Shown here: positions 1-8,627 of the stretch, in pieces
How the letters are laid out: each line of letters opens with the position of its first letter
Position numbering within the stretch: position 1 is the stretch's first letter
Assembly (NCBI GenBank): GCA_964386465.1
Contig: CAYLTU010000006.1
Coordinates: 5,781-29,780, forward strand
Source of the DNA: an uncultured Rhodospirillaceae bacterium
Lineage (GTDB): Bacteria > Pseudomonadota > Alphaproteobacteria > UBA8366 > GCA-2717185
Length of the DNA stretch: 24,000 nucleotides
Direction of reading: 5' to 3'
Translations under genes and position numbers: made by a program
Notes under the pieces: model-generated
Databases searched by the model: none
Seen by the model: the letters and a program-made list of their open reading frames with translations, nothing else
Told to the model about the DNA's origin: nothing

Positions 1-120
1 CGGCTCGATATTTGCGCTGCGAATGTCGAGCCGGATTTCAGCCCTCGAAGCGGAAACAAATATCGTCAAACAAAAGATCAGCCCAAGTAGGCACGTGCGG
101 CACATATTAACCCTCGGCAT
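1..120 (-). CDS. tolB: TolB periplasmic protein, first 40 codons only (partial, runs off the window start)
   Basis: Not in the ORF track because it is too short. A reverse-strand ATG at 120..118 lies 2 nt after the tolA stop (123..125). Translation is MPRVNMCRTCLLGLIFCLTIFVSASRAEIRLDIRSANIEP: a hydrophobic signal-peptide-like stretch, then an AEIRLDI...IEP start typical of mature TolB. Its position after tolQ-tolR-tolA matches the canonical order. An alternative start is the ATG at 105. Confidence 0.6.
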   Translation of the reverse strand, partial: MPRVNMCRTCLLGLIFCLTIFVSASRAEIRLDIRSANIEP

Positions 121-122
121 GT

Positions 123-998
123 TCAATACATCTCCCTGGGGTCGAAGCTTACGACTAAGTCGCGCCATTCCTCGTATTTGGCGAATGGCAAGCGCAGTGG
201 TTGGCATCTTGGGTCCCGGACTGCCCGTCTGGCGCTTTCCGCCATCGCCCGGAAAAAAGGATCGCTATTCATCCGGCTTTTTTCCATGATTTCCGCCGTG
301 CGGACGGTTCCGTCGGGGCTCAAAATAGCGCGTATCCATACAATCATCGCTTCCGCGCCCTGGGCGCCAACCGGTGGGCTCCAGCAGGGGATGAACTGAC
401 CCTCGATCGCGCTGAGTTCGCTTTTCGTCAGTTTGCCCGTGCTGGCAAGCGTCGGCTTCGCACGTTTGAGCGCATCGGCGACTTGTTGAAGCGGTGAAAC
501 ATTCTTCTTTGGCTTTTTCGGTGCGCGCTTCTTCGGTTTCGGCGGCGGTGGTTTTCGCTCGAGCTTCTTGACCGTTTTCAAAACGGAAGAAAAATCGTGC
601 TTCGGCGGCGGCGGTTTGGGTTTCGATTTCGGGCGCGGCCGCTGCACGAATTTCTTGGGTTTCTCTTTCGGCGGTTTCTTCGCTTTCGGTTTGGGCTTTG
701 GTTTCGGAACGGGGGGAACATCCGGCGGCGGCTTCGGCGTTGGAACCGCCTCGGGTTTTTCCACGACCTGCGGCTTTGGCGGCGGTTCCCGTCGCGGCGG
801 CGGTGGCGGCGGCGGCTTCGGCTTCTGTTTCGCGACCGGTTTCGATTTCGGCGCCGGTTTCTCGAGCTCCGTCATGACTTCTACGTCGATCACCCGTACC
901 TGCGTGATATCCGGACGCGACATCGGTATCACGCCAATCCAGGCGATTACGAAGACCGCAATATGTAACGTTGCGGATATGAAGGCGGTTATTTGCAT
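123..998 (-). CDS. tolA: TolA-like cell-envelope integrity protein (TM anchor, Lys/Pro-rich spacer, TolA/TonB-type C-terminal domain)
   Basis: 291-aa ORF. The N-terminal TM is FISATLHIAVFVIAWIGV, with the Ser/His pattern of the TolA/TonB SHLS-type anchor. A long KP-rich low-complexity spacer follows (KPKPPPPPPPRREPPPKP...), then a globular C-terminus. It lies directly downstream of tolQ-tolR. Confidence 0.75.
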   Translation of the reverse strand: MQITAFISATLHIAVFVIAWIGVIPMSRPDITQVRVIDVEVMTELEKPAPKSKPVAKQKPKPPPPPPPRREPPPKPQVVEKPEAVPTPKPPPDVPPVPKPKPKPKAKKPPKEKPKKFVQRPRPKSKPKPPPPKHDFSSVLKTVKKLERKPPPPKPKKRAPKKPKKNVSPLQQVADALKRAKPTLASTGKLTKSELSAIEGQFIPCWSPPVGAQGAEAMIVWIRAILSPDGTVRTAEIMEKSRMNSDPFFRAMAESARRAVRDPRCQPLRLPFAKYEEWRDLVVSFDPREMY

Positions 999-1007
999 CC
1001 ACGCGCA

Positions 1008-1460
1008 CTATTTCTTGCTTGTCTTCGTCTCTGGCAATTTCGCGAGCAACGAAACCTTGCGAAATCCAGCCGCGCTGAGCTCGCCCATCACGCCCATCAC
1101 GGTGCCGTAGGGCAGGGTTTCGTCGCCGCGGATGAAGATCCGCAGATCCGGATTGGCTTTGACGATTTCGCCCAATCGGGCGATCAGCCTTTCCAACGTC
1201 GTTTCTGTTTCCTGCAGAAATAATTTGCCGGCCGCATCGATCGTGACCACAAGCGGCTCCTGGGTGTCGTTGATCGTCGCCGCACGTGTTTTCGGCAGAT
1301 CGACGGGAACACCCACGGTCAAGAGCGGCGCGGTAATCATGAAAACGATCAGCAAAACCAGCATGACGTCGACGAACGGCGTGACATTGATTTCAGCCAT
1401 TTTCGCGTAGCGGTACTTCCCGTTGCCTCGAAAACCACCGGTCGGCATCTGCACGCTCAT
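1008..1460 (-). CDS. tolR: TolR / ExbD-family protein
   Basis: 150 aa. Contains the ExbD/TolR signature AEINVTPFVDVMLVLLIVFMI with the conserved TM Asp, followed by a periplasmic domain. It starts 4 nt after the tolQ stop. Confidence 0.85.
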   Translation of the reverse strand: MSVQMPTGGFRGNGKYRYAKMAEINVTPFVDVMLVLLIVFMITAPLLTVGVPVDLPKTRAATINDTQEPLVVTIDAAGKLFLQETETTLERLIARLGEIVKANPDLRIFIRGDETLPYGTVMGVMGELSAAGFRKVSLLAKLPETKTSKK

Positions 1461-1463
1461 GGC

Positions 1464-2195
1464 TCAATCGGCCTCCTCGAGTTGTCGGGACAGAATACCG
1501 CTGAATTCGTGCGCGAAGGCCTCGAGCCGGCCGGCGTACCGCGTCAGGTCCGTTGAAATCTTGTTGTAGGCGACCACCGCAGGTATGGCCGCGACAAGGC
1601 CCAGCGCCGTCGCGAACAGCGCTTCGGCGATGCCCGGCGCAACGACGGCGAGGCTCGTCTGCTTGGTGATCGCAATCGATTGGAAGCTGTTCATAATACC
1701 GTACACCGTACCGAACAGCCCGATAAACGGCGCCGTGGAACCGACAGACGCGAGAAAGGTCATATACCGTTCGAGGTGCTCCATCTCGCGGCCCAAGCTT
1801 ACCTGCATGACGCGATCGATACGCTGTTGGAGACTGGTATGCGAGGTCTGGGTCCGCTCGAGACCACGCGACGCCGTTCGGCGCCATTCGCGCATCGCTG
1901 CGGTAAAGACGGCCGTCATCGGGTCGGATGGCCGTTGTCCGACCTGCTCGTAAAGTCCGTCCAGCGTCCCTCCCGACCAAAACTCATCTTCGAATGCCGT
2001 TGCCGCGCGGCCCAACCGACGCAGGCGCCAGACCTTTTCGAATATGATCGCCCAGGTCCAGATCGAGGCAAGAACCAATGCGACCAGAACGATTTTGACG
2101 ATCATGGTCGCCTGTATGAACAGGGCCCAGACCGAGAGATTTACGTTCTCGATAGAGCCGGCAAGCCTCGTGGCTTCTATTAAGCTTTGATCCAT
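1464..2195 (-). CDS. tolQ: TolQ, MotA/TolQ/ExbB-family proton channel
   Basis: 243 aa. Contains the family motifs APFIGLFGTVYGIMNSF and GIAEALFATALGLVAAIPAVVAYN. Gene order is ybgC-tolQ-tolR-tolA. Confidence 0.9.
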   Translation of the reverse strand: MDQSLIEATRLAGSIENVNLSVWALFIQATMIVKIVLVALVLASIWTWAIIFEKVWRLRRLGRAATAFEDEFWSGGTLDGLYEQVGQRPSDPMTAVFTAAMREWRRTASRGLERTQTSHTSLQQRIDRVMQVSLGREMEHLERYMTFLASVGSTAPFIGLFGTVYGIMNSFQSIAITKQTSLAVVAPGIAEALFATALGLVAAIPAVVAYNKISTDLTRYAGRLEAFAHEFSGILSRQLEEAD

Positions 2196-2206
2196 TCAAC
2201 TACTTC

Positions 2207-2632
2207 CTACTGAACGTCGTGCCTGTATGTTTCGAGTGCCTGGCGCAGCGTCGACGGTAACCGGGCGGGACGGCCCTGACGGTCGATGCAAGCCAGGCGC
2301 ATCGTCAAGCGCACGAGATCTTCGTCATTACGGCGAACGATTTGCTCGGCGGACATCGAGGCGCCGCGCAGTGCAAGCAACCGGCTATGAACGGTTAGCG
2401 CGTCATCGAGTTTGGCCGGCCTAATGTAATCGGCGGACATATTGCGAACCGCGAAGGCGATGCCGTGATCCGCCAACAGAGCCCGGTGCCCGATACCGGC
2501 TTCACGCAGCATTTCGGTTCGGCCGCGCTCGGCGAATTTCAGATAATTGGCATAGTAGACGATGCCTTCCGCATCGGTATCTTCGTAGTAGACCCGCACG
2601 GGACAGACATGTATCGCGGGACCGTCAAACAT
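2207..2632 (-). CDS. ybgC: YbgC-type acyl-CoA thioesterase (4HBT hotdog fold)
   Basis: The motif [23 protein letters not shown] matches the YbgC/4HBT N-terminus. The ORF track starts at 2665, but the ATG at 2632 gives [20 protein letters not shown], the same spacing before [10 protein letters not shown] as E. coli YbgC. That ATG forms an ATGTTTGA overlap with the ruvB stop, and AAGGA lies upstream. Confidence 0.8.
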   Translation of the reverse strand: MFDGPAIHVCPVRVYYEDTDAEGIVYYANYLKFAERGRTEMLREAGIGHRALLADHGIAFAVRNMSADYIRPAKLDDALTVHSRLLALRGASMSAEQIVRRNDEDLVRLTMRLACIDRQGRPARLPSTLRQALETYRHDVQ

Positions 2633-3695
2633 CGCGCGCTTCGTCCTTGTCATCCAAACCCGCATTGAGCAAGTCCGGTTGAACTGCCTGTCCAGCCGGT
2701 GCTTCGAGGCCCAGATACCGCCAGCCCTGCAACGTCAGCATCCGGCCGCGCGGCGTACGCTGCACGAAACCGCGCTGAATGAGATAGGGTTCGATAACCT
2801 CTTCGATCGCATCGCGCTGCTCGGCCAGCGCAACCGCCAGCGTGTCTGCGCCGACAGGGCCGCCGCCGTAATTTTCCGCCATGCAGGTCAGAAAGCGCCT
2901 GTCCATCGCATCGAGACCCTCGACATCGACTTCGAGCCGGAGCAGAGATTTGTCGGCGATCGCCGCATCGACCGTCGATTGATTTTCGACCATCGCAAAG
3001 TCCCGGACCCGGCGCAGCAGTCGTCCAGCGATCCGCGGCGTGCCCCGGCTCCGCCGCGCGATCTCTTGTGCACCGTCGGGCGTAAGGTCCATTTTCAAGA
3101 CGCGCGCGCCCCGTTCCACGATACTTTGCAGGTCTTCGATGCCGTAGAAGTTCATCCGGAGCGGAATGCCGAACCGCTCGCGCAGCGGCGTGGTGATCAA
3201 GCCCGTGCGGGTCGTCGCGCCGACCAGGGTAAAAGGCGGCAAATCGATTCGGATCGATCGCGCCGCAGGTCCTTCCCCGATAATTAAATCAAGCTGGAAG
3301 TCCTCCATCGCCGGATAGAGAATTTCTTCGACCGCCGGGTGCAGCCGGTGAATTTCATCGATGAACAACACGTCCCGCGGCTGCAAATTCGTAAGCAATG
3401 CGGCCAGATCGCCCGCCTTCGCCAGCACGGGGCCGGATGTCGCCCGGAAGCTCACGCCGAGCTCCCGCGAGACGATCTGCGCGAGAGTCGTTTTCCCAAG
3501 ACCCGGCGGTCCGAAAAAAATCGTGTGGTCGAGCGCTTCATTTCGGCTTCTCGCCGCTTGGATGAAGACCGACAGGTTCTCCCGGACGCCCGATTGCCCG
3601 ATGAACTCGGCGAGGGTCTGCGGCCGCAGCGATGCTTCATCGATATCCGCATCGACGGCATCCGGCGCGACAACACGGCTTGCCGGTTCGTTCAT
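2625..3695 (-). CDS. ruvB: Holliday junction branch-migration ATPase RuvB
   Basis: 356 aa. Walker A motif [20 protein letters not shown], and the N-terminal [12 protein letters not shown] are typical of RuvB. The start overlaps the ruvA stop by ATGA (3692..3695). Confidence 0.95.
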   Translation of the reverse strand: MNEPASRVVAPDAVDADIDEASLRPQTLAEFIGQSGVRENLSVFIQAARSRNEALDHTIFFGPPGLGKTTLAQIVSRELGVSFRATSGPVLAKAGDLAALLTNLQPRDVLFIDEIHRLHPAVEEILYPAMEDFQLDLIIGEGPAARSIRIDLPPFTLVGATTRTGLITTPLRERFGIPLRMNFYGIEDLQSIVERGARVLKMDLTPDGAQEIARRSRGTPRIAGRLLRRVRDFAMVENQSTVDAAIADKSLLRLEVDVEGLDAMDRRFLTCMAENYGGGPVGADTLAVALAEQRDAIEEVIEPYLIQRGFVQRTPRGRMLTLQGWRYLGLEAPAGQAVQPDLLNAGLDDKDEARDV

Positions 3696-4294
3696 TGCGT
3701 CATTTCCTTAAGGCCGAACCGGATCAGGGATTCGAGGGGTGCTCCCTCACCCAGTTGCTTGCCGGCCTTGGCGATTACGTTGAATGCGTCGCCCCTTGAA
3801 TAGCCGAGATTGACCAGGGCGGAAATCGCCTCTTCGCTATCCGCATGCGTTGCTGTGGTAATTTCCGCGATCCCGGCACTGCCAAGGGCCATGCCGCCGA
3901 CCTTGTCGCGCAGTTCGGTGACTATACGGCTCGCCAATTTTGGGCCCACGCCGTTCGCGCGGGCAACGGCCGTCTTGTCTTGCGCGGCAACTGCTTGGAC
4001 CAATTCGTCGGCCGTCAATGCGGAAAGGATTGCGAGCCCGACGCGCGCGCCAACACCTTGCACTGTCGTCAACAAACGGAACCAGGCCCGCTCGGCCGTA
4101 TCGATGAAACCGTATAGGTGGATATGATCTTCGCGGACATGGGTTTCGACCTCGACCCGGATCGCTTCGCCGACCGCTGGCATTCGCCCGAGTGTCCGCG
4201 ACGAGCAGAACACGAGGTAGCCGACACCGCCGACGTCGATTACCGCGAAGTCTTCCGCCAACTCGCCCACAATTCCGGAGAGCCGCGCGATCAT
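3692..4294 (-). CDS. ruvA: Holliday junction DNA-binding protein RuvA
   Basis: The true start is MIARLSGIV... at 4294. The ORF-track start at 4399 adds 35 Arg/Gly/Cys-rich residues. The ATG at 4294..4292 overlaps the ruvC TGA at 4293..4291 (ATGA). HhH regions ([27 protein letters not shown]) are present. Confidence 0.9.
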   Translation of the reverse strand: MIARLSGIVGELAEDFAVIDVGGVGYLVFCSSRTLGRMPAVGEAIRVEVETHVREDHIHLYGFIDTAERAWFRLLTTVQGVGARVGLAILSALTADELVQAVAAQDKTAVARANGVGPKLASRIVTELRDKVGGMALGSAGIAEITTATHADSEEAISALVNLGYSRGDAFNVIAKAGKQLGEGAPLESLIRFGLKEMTQ

Positions 4295-4794
4295 TGTGCC
4301 GCCGCGGCCTTGTTCAATCGCCTGGCGGTCTCCCCGTAATGCGCGTGGCAGATCGCCACGGCCAGCGCATCCGCGGCATCCGCGCTCGAAAAGACACAAC
4401 CGGGCAAAATGCGGCCGACCATCATCTGGACCTGCTCTTTTGCGGCGTGCCCAGCGCCGACGACCGATTTCTTTATCCGGTTGGCCGAATATTCCGCGAC
4501 CGGAAGTCCGGCGAGCGCCGGGGCGAGAACGACGACGCCGCGGGCCTCACCAAGACGCAGCGTCGTTCCCGGATTTTTGTTCACAAACGTTTCTTCGACA
4601 GCCGCTTCATCCGGGTCGAAATCGGCCAAAACACGAGCAAGTCCTTCGTGGAGGTCGCGGAGCCGACCGGCGAGATCCTGCTTCGGATCCGGCGAAACCG
4701 TGCCGTCCGCCACATAGGTCAGCCGATTGGCGTGGACGTCGATGACACCCCACCCCGTGTTGCGAAGTCCCGGATCCAGTCCGATTAACCGCAT
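4291..4794 (-). CDS. ruvC: Crossover junction endodeoxyribonuclease RuvC
   Basis: 167 aa. [18 protein letters not shown]... is the RuvC N-terminal catalytic motif, and the C-terminal [11 protein letters not shown] is also typical. Confidence 0.9.
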   Translation of the reverse strand: MRLIGLDPGLRNTGWGVIDVHANRLTYVADGTVSPDPKQDLAGRLRDLHEGLARVLADFDPDEAAVEETFVNKNPGTTLRLGEARGVVVLAPALAGLPVAEYSANRIKKSVVGAGHAAKEQVQMMVGRILPGCVFSSADAADALAVAICHAHYGETARRLNKAAAAQ

Positions 4795-4809
4795 ATCACC
4801 CGGCCGGCC

Positions 4810-5559
4810 TTACGTTGTCAGCCGTTCAAGAACGTCATCGGCGATGTCGTAATTCGCCGATACGGTCTGAACGTCATCGCTGTCGTCAAGCGCTTCGAGG
4901 AGCTTTAGAAGCGTCGCCGCCGCCGGCTCTTCGATCGGAATGTTGTTTTGCGCCTTCCAGACGAGCTTCGCCGATACGGGCTCGCCTAGCGTTTCCTCAA
5001 GAACCCCGCAGACTTCATGCAAGGCGCCCGGTTCGCAAACGACCTCATGACCATCCTCCGTCGACTCGACGTCGTCGGCTCCCGCTTCTAGAGCCGCTTC
5101 GAAGACGGTATCCGAGTCCGCTTTATCCGGTGGAAAACGAATCTCCCCGATGTGGTCGAACATGAAAGAAACCGCACCGGTTTCGGCAAGGTTCCCTCCG
5201 TTTTTGCTGAACGCGGCGCGTATCTCGGACGCCGTCCTGTTGCGGTTGTCGGTCAAGGTTTCGACGATGATCGCAACACCGCCCGGACCATATCCTTCGT
5301 AGCGAATTTCTTCGAAGTCCTCTCCCTCGCCGGTGCCCGCGCCCTTCTTGACCGCACGATCGATATTGTCCTTTGGCATATTTCCCGCGCGCGCCGCGAT
5401 GATCGCCGTCCGCAAGCGCGGGTTCATTTCCGGATCGGCTCCCCCCAATCGGGCGGCAACGGTTATTTCACGTCCGAATTTGCCGAATAGGCTTGCCCGT
5501 CGTTTATCCTGAGCGCCTTTTCGGTACATAATGTTTTTAAATTTTGAATGGCCGGCCAT
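4810..5559 (-). CDS. yebC: YebC/PmpR-family DNA-binding transcriptional regulator
   Basis: [21 protein letters not shown] is the family's invariant N-terminus, so the start is re-called to the ATG at 5559 (the ORF track starts at 5613). The conserved yebC-ruvC adjacency is present. Confidence 0.9.
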   Translation of the reverse strand: MAGHSKFKNIMYRKGAQDKRRASLFGKFGREITVAARLGGADPEMNPRLRTAIIAARAGNMPKDNIDRAVKKGAGTGEGEDFEEIRYEGYGPGGVAIIVETLTDNRNRTASEIRAAFSKNGGNLAETGAVSFMFDHIGEIRFPPDKADSDTVFEAALEAGADDVESTEDGHEVVCEPGALHEVCGVLEETLGEPVSAKLVWKAQNNIPIEEPAAATLLKLLEALDDSDDVQTVSANYDIADDVLERLTT

Positions 5560-5853
5560 TTCGCTCCGTTGAGATAGCAATTGATGATCACGCCGTTGGG
5601 CAAGTATATGCATACCTGCTAGTCTGTTATACCAGATGTTGTGGTTACGTGCCCAGCGGTGAAAGAGCCGCTTGAGGATGCATAGGCCACCAATATGGCG
5701 ATAATGCGGCGCAAACTCGCATTACAATGGTGTTATCTATTGGTTAAACAGACTAATGGTAATCTTCACCCGAGACGGAAAGCAGGTCGTGTCTCGTTGA
5801 TTGGGACCAATTAAGTACTCGACTAATTTATTTTGAGGCCTGTTGACCCTGGC

Positions 5854-6342
5854 ATGGCATACGATCTTGAACAGCTGAACATCCTACTCATCGAAGATGA
5901 CGCTTCGATGCGCGCGCTTATTCGCGACATGATGTATGCGTTCGGTATCAGCAACATTCAAACGGCGCAGGAAGGCAGCAAGGCCTATGCCGAATTGCGG
6001 CACTTTCCGGCCGATATCGTTATCACGGATTGGGAAATGGAGCCGCTCGACGGTATTGATTTTACCAGGATGGTTAGAACCGCCCCCGATAGCCCGAACC
6101 CTTTCGTGCCGATCATTATGCTCACCGCCCATTCATCTATGGAACGTGTCATTCAAGCGCGCGACAGCGGCGTAAACGAGTTTTTGACCAAACCGGTAAC
6201 GGCCAGAGGCCTTTACACCAGAATCTCGACCGTCATCGAAAGCCCGCGGCAGTTCGTGCGTGCGTCGGAATATTTCGGGCCGGACCGCCGGCGAACGGTT
6301 AAGGAGTTCATGGGACTGGAACGGCGTGGCGACGATGAGTAA
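5854..6342 (+). CDS. Single-domain response regulator (REC domain) with a short C-terminal extension
   Basis: Receiver-domain motifs: LLIEDD, the phospho-acceptor context IVITDWEMEPLDG, MLTA, and KP in EFLTKPV. The C-terminal tail FVRASEYFGPDRRR has no output domain. The ORF-track start is a TTG at 5833. The ATG at 5854 (MAYDLEQLNILLIEDD) gives the usual REC spacing, but neither start has a strong SD. Confidence 0.8.
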   Translation: MAYDLEQLNILLIEDDASMRALIRDMMYAFGISNIQTAQEGSKAYAELRHFPADIVITDWEMEPLDGIDFTRMVRTAPDSPNPFVPIIMLTAHSSMERVIQARDSGVNEFLTKPVTARGLYTRISTVIESPRQFVRASEYFGPDRRRTVKEFMGLERRGDDE

Positions 6343-6477
6343 TCGGTATATTGTCGAAACGATCGGTAAAAAATCCGGGATATGACGAACGTGCGGGAAA
6401 TAATGCGAGAGTCGCCACAATGCGCGCGACCTGATAGTAACGTAGAAAGTTGCTCGATGTTTTCGGGAGAGTAGGCG

Positions 6478-7032
6478 ATGGCCGAAACCGAAGGAAATGA
6501 GGATCGTAAGCATAAGAAGGGCGGCAAGGCTGAGTACATTACGCCGCCGCATACGATCCGCACGAAAGTTAGCGGCGGCGGTCCGCTGTCCACTCAAATG
6601 CTTAAAAAAGCCGAAGAAGTGGTTCAGCAACATGCGGAAAAATATATCGAGCGGGCGCAGGATCAAGTCGACGGTCTCGTCGAAGTCGTGCGCGAGGCCG
6701 AAGCCGAGACCGGTGACAAGTCAATAATTTTCGAGAAAATTTTCCTGCAGGCACACGATATACGCGGTCTCGGCTCTACGTTCGGCTATACGCTCGTAAC
6801 CAACATTGCGGCATCCCTGTGCAATTTCGTCGAATCCGTGAACAATTACGACGAAGGCGTCATGGAAGTCCTGAACGCCCATGTCGATGCCGTGCGCGGG
6901 ATGATCGGCAACGACGTAAAGGGCGATGGCGGGCCGATCGGGCGCGAAATTCTCGACGGTCTCATGCAAGCGGTCGCCAAGAATTCACCGCAACCGCCGG
7001 AAGACCCGGTCGAAGAAGCAAACACGCAGTAA
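6478..7032 (+). CDS. Putative Hpt-type histidine phosphotransfer protein
   Basis: 184 aa, helical. The motif FLQAHDIRGLGSTFGY (His93, codon 6754..6756) fits the Hpt consensus AHxLKGxxxxxG. GGGAGAG lies 6-12 nt upstream of the ATG. It is immediately downstream of the response regulator. Confidence 0.55.
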   Translation: MAETEGNEDRKHKKGGKAEYITPPHTIRTKVSGGGPLSTQMLKKAEEVVQQHAEKYIERAQDQVDGLVEVVREAEAETGDKSIIFEKIFLQAHDIRGLGSTFGYTLVTNIAASLCNFVESVNNYDEGVMEVLNAHVDAVRGMIGNDVKGDGGPIGREILDGLMQAVAKNSPQPPEDPVEEANTQ

Positions 7033-7036
7033 ATTT

Positions 7037-7852
7037 TTATTCCGGTATCTGTTCGGCAAGTCTTCCGCCGCAGCGAACCGGAGACACGCGCGTTGCAAGT
7101 CCCGTGGCGGTGTCGCTTTCGACGAAAACGCCGCAAAAGGTCCCTTCCCCGTCCGCCGGTTGCATTCGCTCGCGGGGCAGTTTTCTCAGGAAGTTGCCGA
7201 TCGACGATTCCTTTTGCATGCCGATCACGGAGTCGTAATCGCCGCACATCCCAGCATCGGTCTGATAAGCCGTGCCCTCGTTCAAGATAAAGGTGTCCGC
7301 AGTCGGAACATGCGTGTGGGTACCGACAACAAGGGTCGCCCGTCCATCCGACAGGTGGCCGATCGCCATTTTCTCGCTGGTCGCTTCGCCATGAACATCG
7401 ACGATCACGGCATCAAACCCCGATTTCTTCGGATCCGCCGGCGGTAATTGTCGTTCGAGTTCTGGAAAAGGATCATCCAGTAACTCCATGAAAAGTCGCG
7501 TCATTATATTTATGACCTTGATTCTTCGCCCGGCCCCATCGGTAAAGATCCCCGCGCCCCGACCCGGCGTGGAAGGTGGAAAATTTGCAGGCCGCAATAG
7601 CCGTTCGTCGCTGTTCATCAGCGGAATGATATCAGGCTTGTCCCAAGTGTGATTGCCACCGGTAATGACGTCGACTCCCGCACCGAACAGTTCCTTGCAG
7701 GTTTTCTCGGTCATTCCAAAACCGTGCGCGGCATTTTCGCCGTTGGCTATTACGAAATCGAGCCGGAGCCGTTCCCGAAGCATCGGAACATGCTGGACCA
7801 GAGCCTCCCTGCCGGACCGGCCAACGACGTCGCCGCAGAACAGTACTCTCAT
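7037..7852 (-). CDS. YmdB-type (B. subtilis YmdB / TIGR00282-like) calcineurin-family metallophosphoesterase
   Basis: 271 aa. MRVLFCGDVVGRSGR...DFVIANGENAAHGFG...ITGGNHTWDK are the metallophosphoesterase metal-binding motifs of this family. The start overlaps the upstream gene's stop by ATGA (7849..7852). Confidence 0.85.
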   Translation of the reverse strand: MRVLFCGDVVGRSGREALVQHVPMLRERLRLDFVIANGENAAHGFGMTEKTCKELFGAGVDVITGGNHTWDKPDIIPLMNSDERLLRPANFPPSTPGRGAGIFTDGAGRRIKVINIMTRLFMELLDDPFPELERQLPPADPKKSGFDAVIVDVHGEATSEKMAIGHLSDGRATLVVGTHTHVPTADTFILNEGTAYQTDAGMCGDYDSVIGMQKESSIGNFLRKLPRERMQPADGEGTFCGVFVESDTATGLATRVSPVRCGGRLAEQIPE

Positions 7853-8433
7853 TGCATTCCACTCTCCGGCGCTATTGCGCCGTTCTCCGTAAGGATATGG
7901 TCGAGGGGCGTATCGGAAGCGTCATGCGGAACCGCTGGAACTTCCTGTGCAGCATATGCGACCCCAACGGCGAGTACCGGCTGATGATGGCGAATAGATT
8001 CTATCGACAAATCGTAAAATCCCCCACCATAACCCAATCGGTTCCCTTTCCGGTCGAAGGCGAGCAGCGGCGCGAGAATCAGGTCGGGCCGATCTGCCTT
8101 CGCATCCGTGCCCGGTTCCAGGATCCCGTAGGGTCCACTGCGCATTTCGCTCGACGGCGACCAACGGCGAAAAAGAAGCGGCTTTTTAGGTTCCAGTACA
8201 ACGGGCAGAAGTACATCGTAACCCTTGTCCCTCAAGTTTTTCAGAAGCGGTAGGATGTTTGCCTCAGCCCCTATCGGGTAGTAGCCGGAAATAGCCGTCC
8301 CCCTCGGCGGATCGAATGTCCGTTCGAATGTTTCGATGAGCTTCTCGCCGATATCGTTGTCTGCCGCCGCCGCCTCGCGACGTTTCGCGGCTTCGGTCCG
8401 CAAGAGCCGCTTTTGCGCCGCGATCGAAGGCAT
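7849..8433 (-). CDS. ygfA: 5-formyltetrahydrofolate cyclo-ligase
   Basis: 194 aa. The motif LILAPLLAFDRKGNRLGYGGGFYD is characteristic of MTHFS. It lies directly downstream of the 6S RNA locus, as in the E. coli zapA-ssrS-ygfA arrangement. Confidence 0.85.
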   Translation of the reverse strand: MPSIAAQKRLLRTEAAKRREAAAADNDIGEKLIETFERTFDPPRGTAISGYYPIGAEANILPLLKNLRDKGYDVLLPVVLEPKKPLLFRRWSPSSEMRSGPYGILEPGTDAKADRPDLILAPLLAFDRKGNRLGYGGGFYDLSIESIRHHQPVLAVGVAYAAQEVPAVPHDASDTPLDHILTENGAIAPESGMQ

Positions 8434-8449
8434 GTGTGGAATCCACTAG

Positions 8450-8620
8450 AAAAGAAGTTGGCGGCGCCGCAACGGCCGTCGGCTAGGTCAAACCCTCAAG
8501 GACCTGATTTAACAGGTGGGCGCCGTGTACCGAAACCAGGGCTCCGACAGTGACAGCTCCCTAAGAGCACTTATCGCCCCTGGGGTATGGTGGCCTAACG
8601 TACCGTGCAGCAACCGCCAA
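8450..8620 (-). ncRNA. ssrS: 6S RNA (RNA polymerase-sigma70 regulatory RNA)
   Basis: A 194-nt non-coding gap sits between zapA and ygfA on the same strand, matching the known synteny. On the minus strand, 5' TTGGCGGTTGCTGCACGG (8620..8603) pairs with 3' CCGTTGCGGCGCCGCCAA (8474..8457). That is 7 perfect closing pairs plus about 10 more with G-U pairs and one bulge. Pairing continues with TTAGGCCA / TGACCTAG, giving the long irregular helix expected for 6S. A U-rich tract (CUUCUUUUC) follows the closing stem. The ends are approximate. Confidence 0.7.
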
Positions 8621-8627
8621 GTAATAC

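Noticed and set aside
265-1110. Long alternative-frame and antisense ORFs over tolA (265..1008 minus, 568..1110 plus, 597..968 plus)
   Set aside because: These are generated by the repetitive Lys/Pro codon tract of tolA. Their products are Gly/Arg/Phe low complexity. Only the 123..998 frame has the TM anchor, the C-terminal domain and operon context.
5614-5853. CtrA-type boxes (TTAA-N7-TTAA) and an sRNA in the AT-richer divergent intergenic region. The same idea applies to 21904..22030.
   Set aside because: Only half-sites or mis-spaced matches were found (for example GTTAAacagactAATG, and TTGGTTAA at 21984..21991). There is no full consensus, and no convincing hairpin plus T-run for an sRNA.
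6133-6666. 177-aa minus-strand ORF spanning the response-regulator/Hpt intergenic region, and 6213..6593 minus
   Set aside because: It is antisense to the well-supported REC gene end and the Hpt gene start. The composition is Arg/Leu/Phe-rich with no motifs, which is typical of a shadow ORF.
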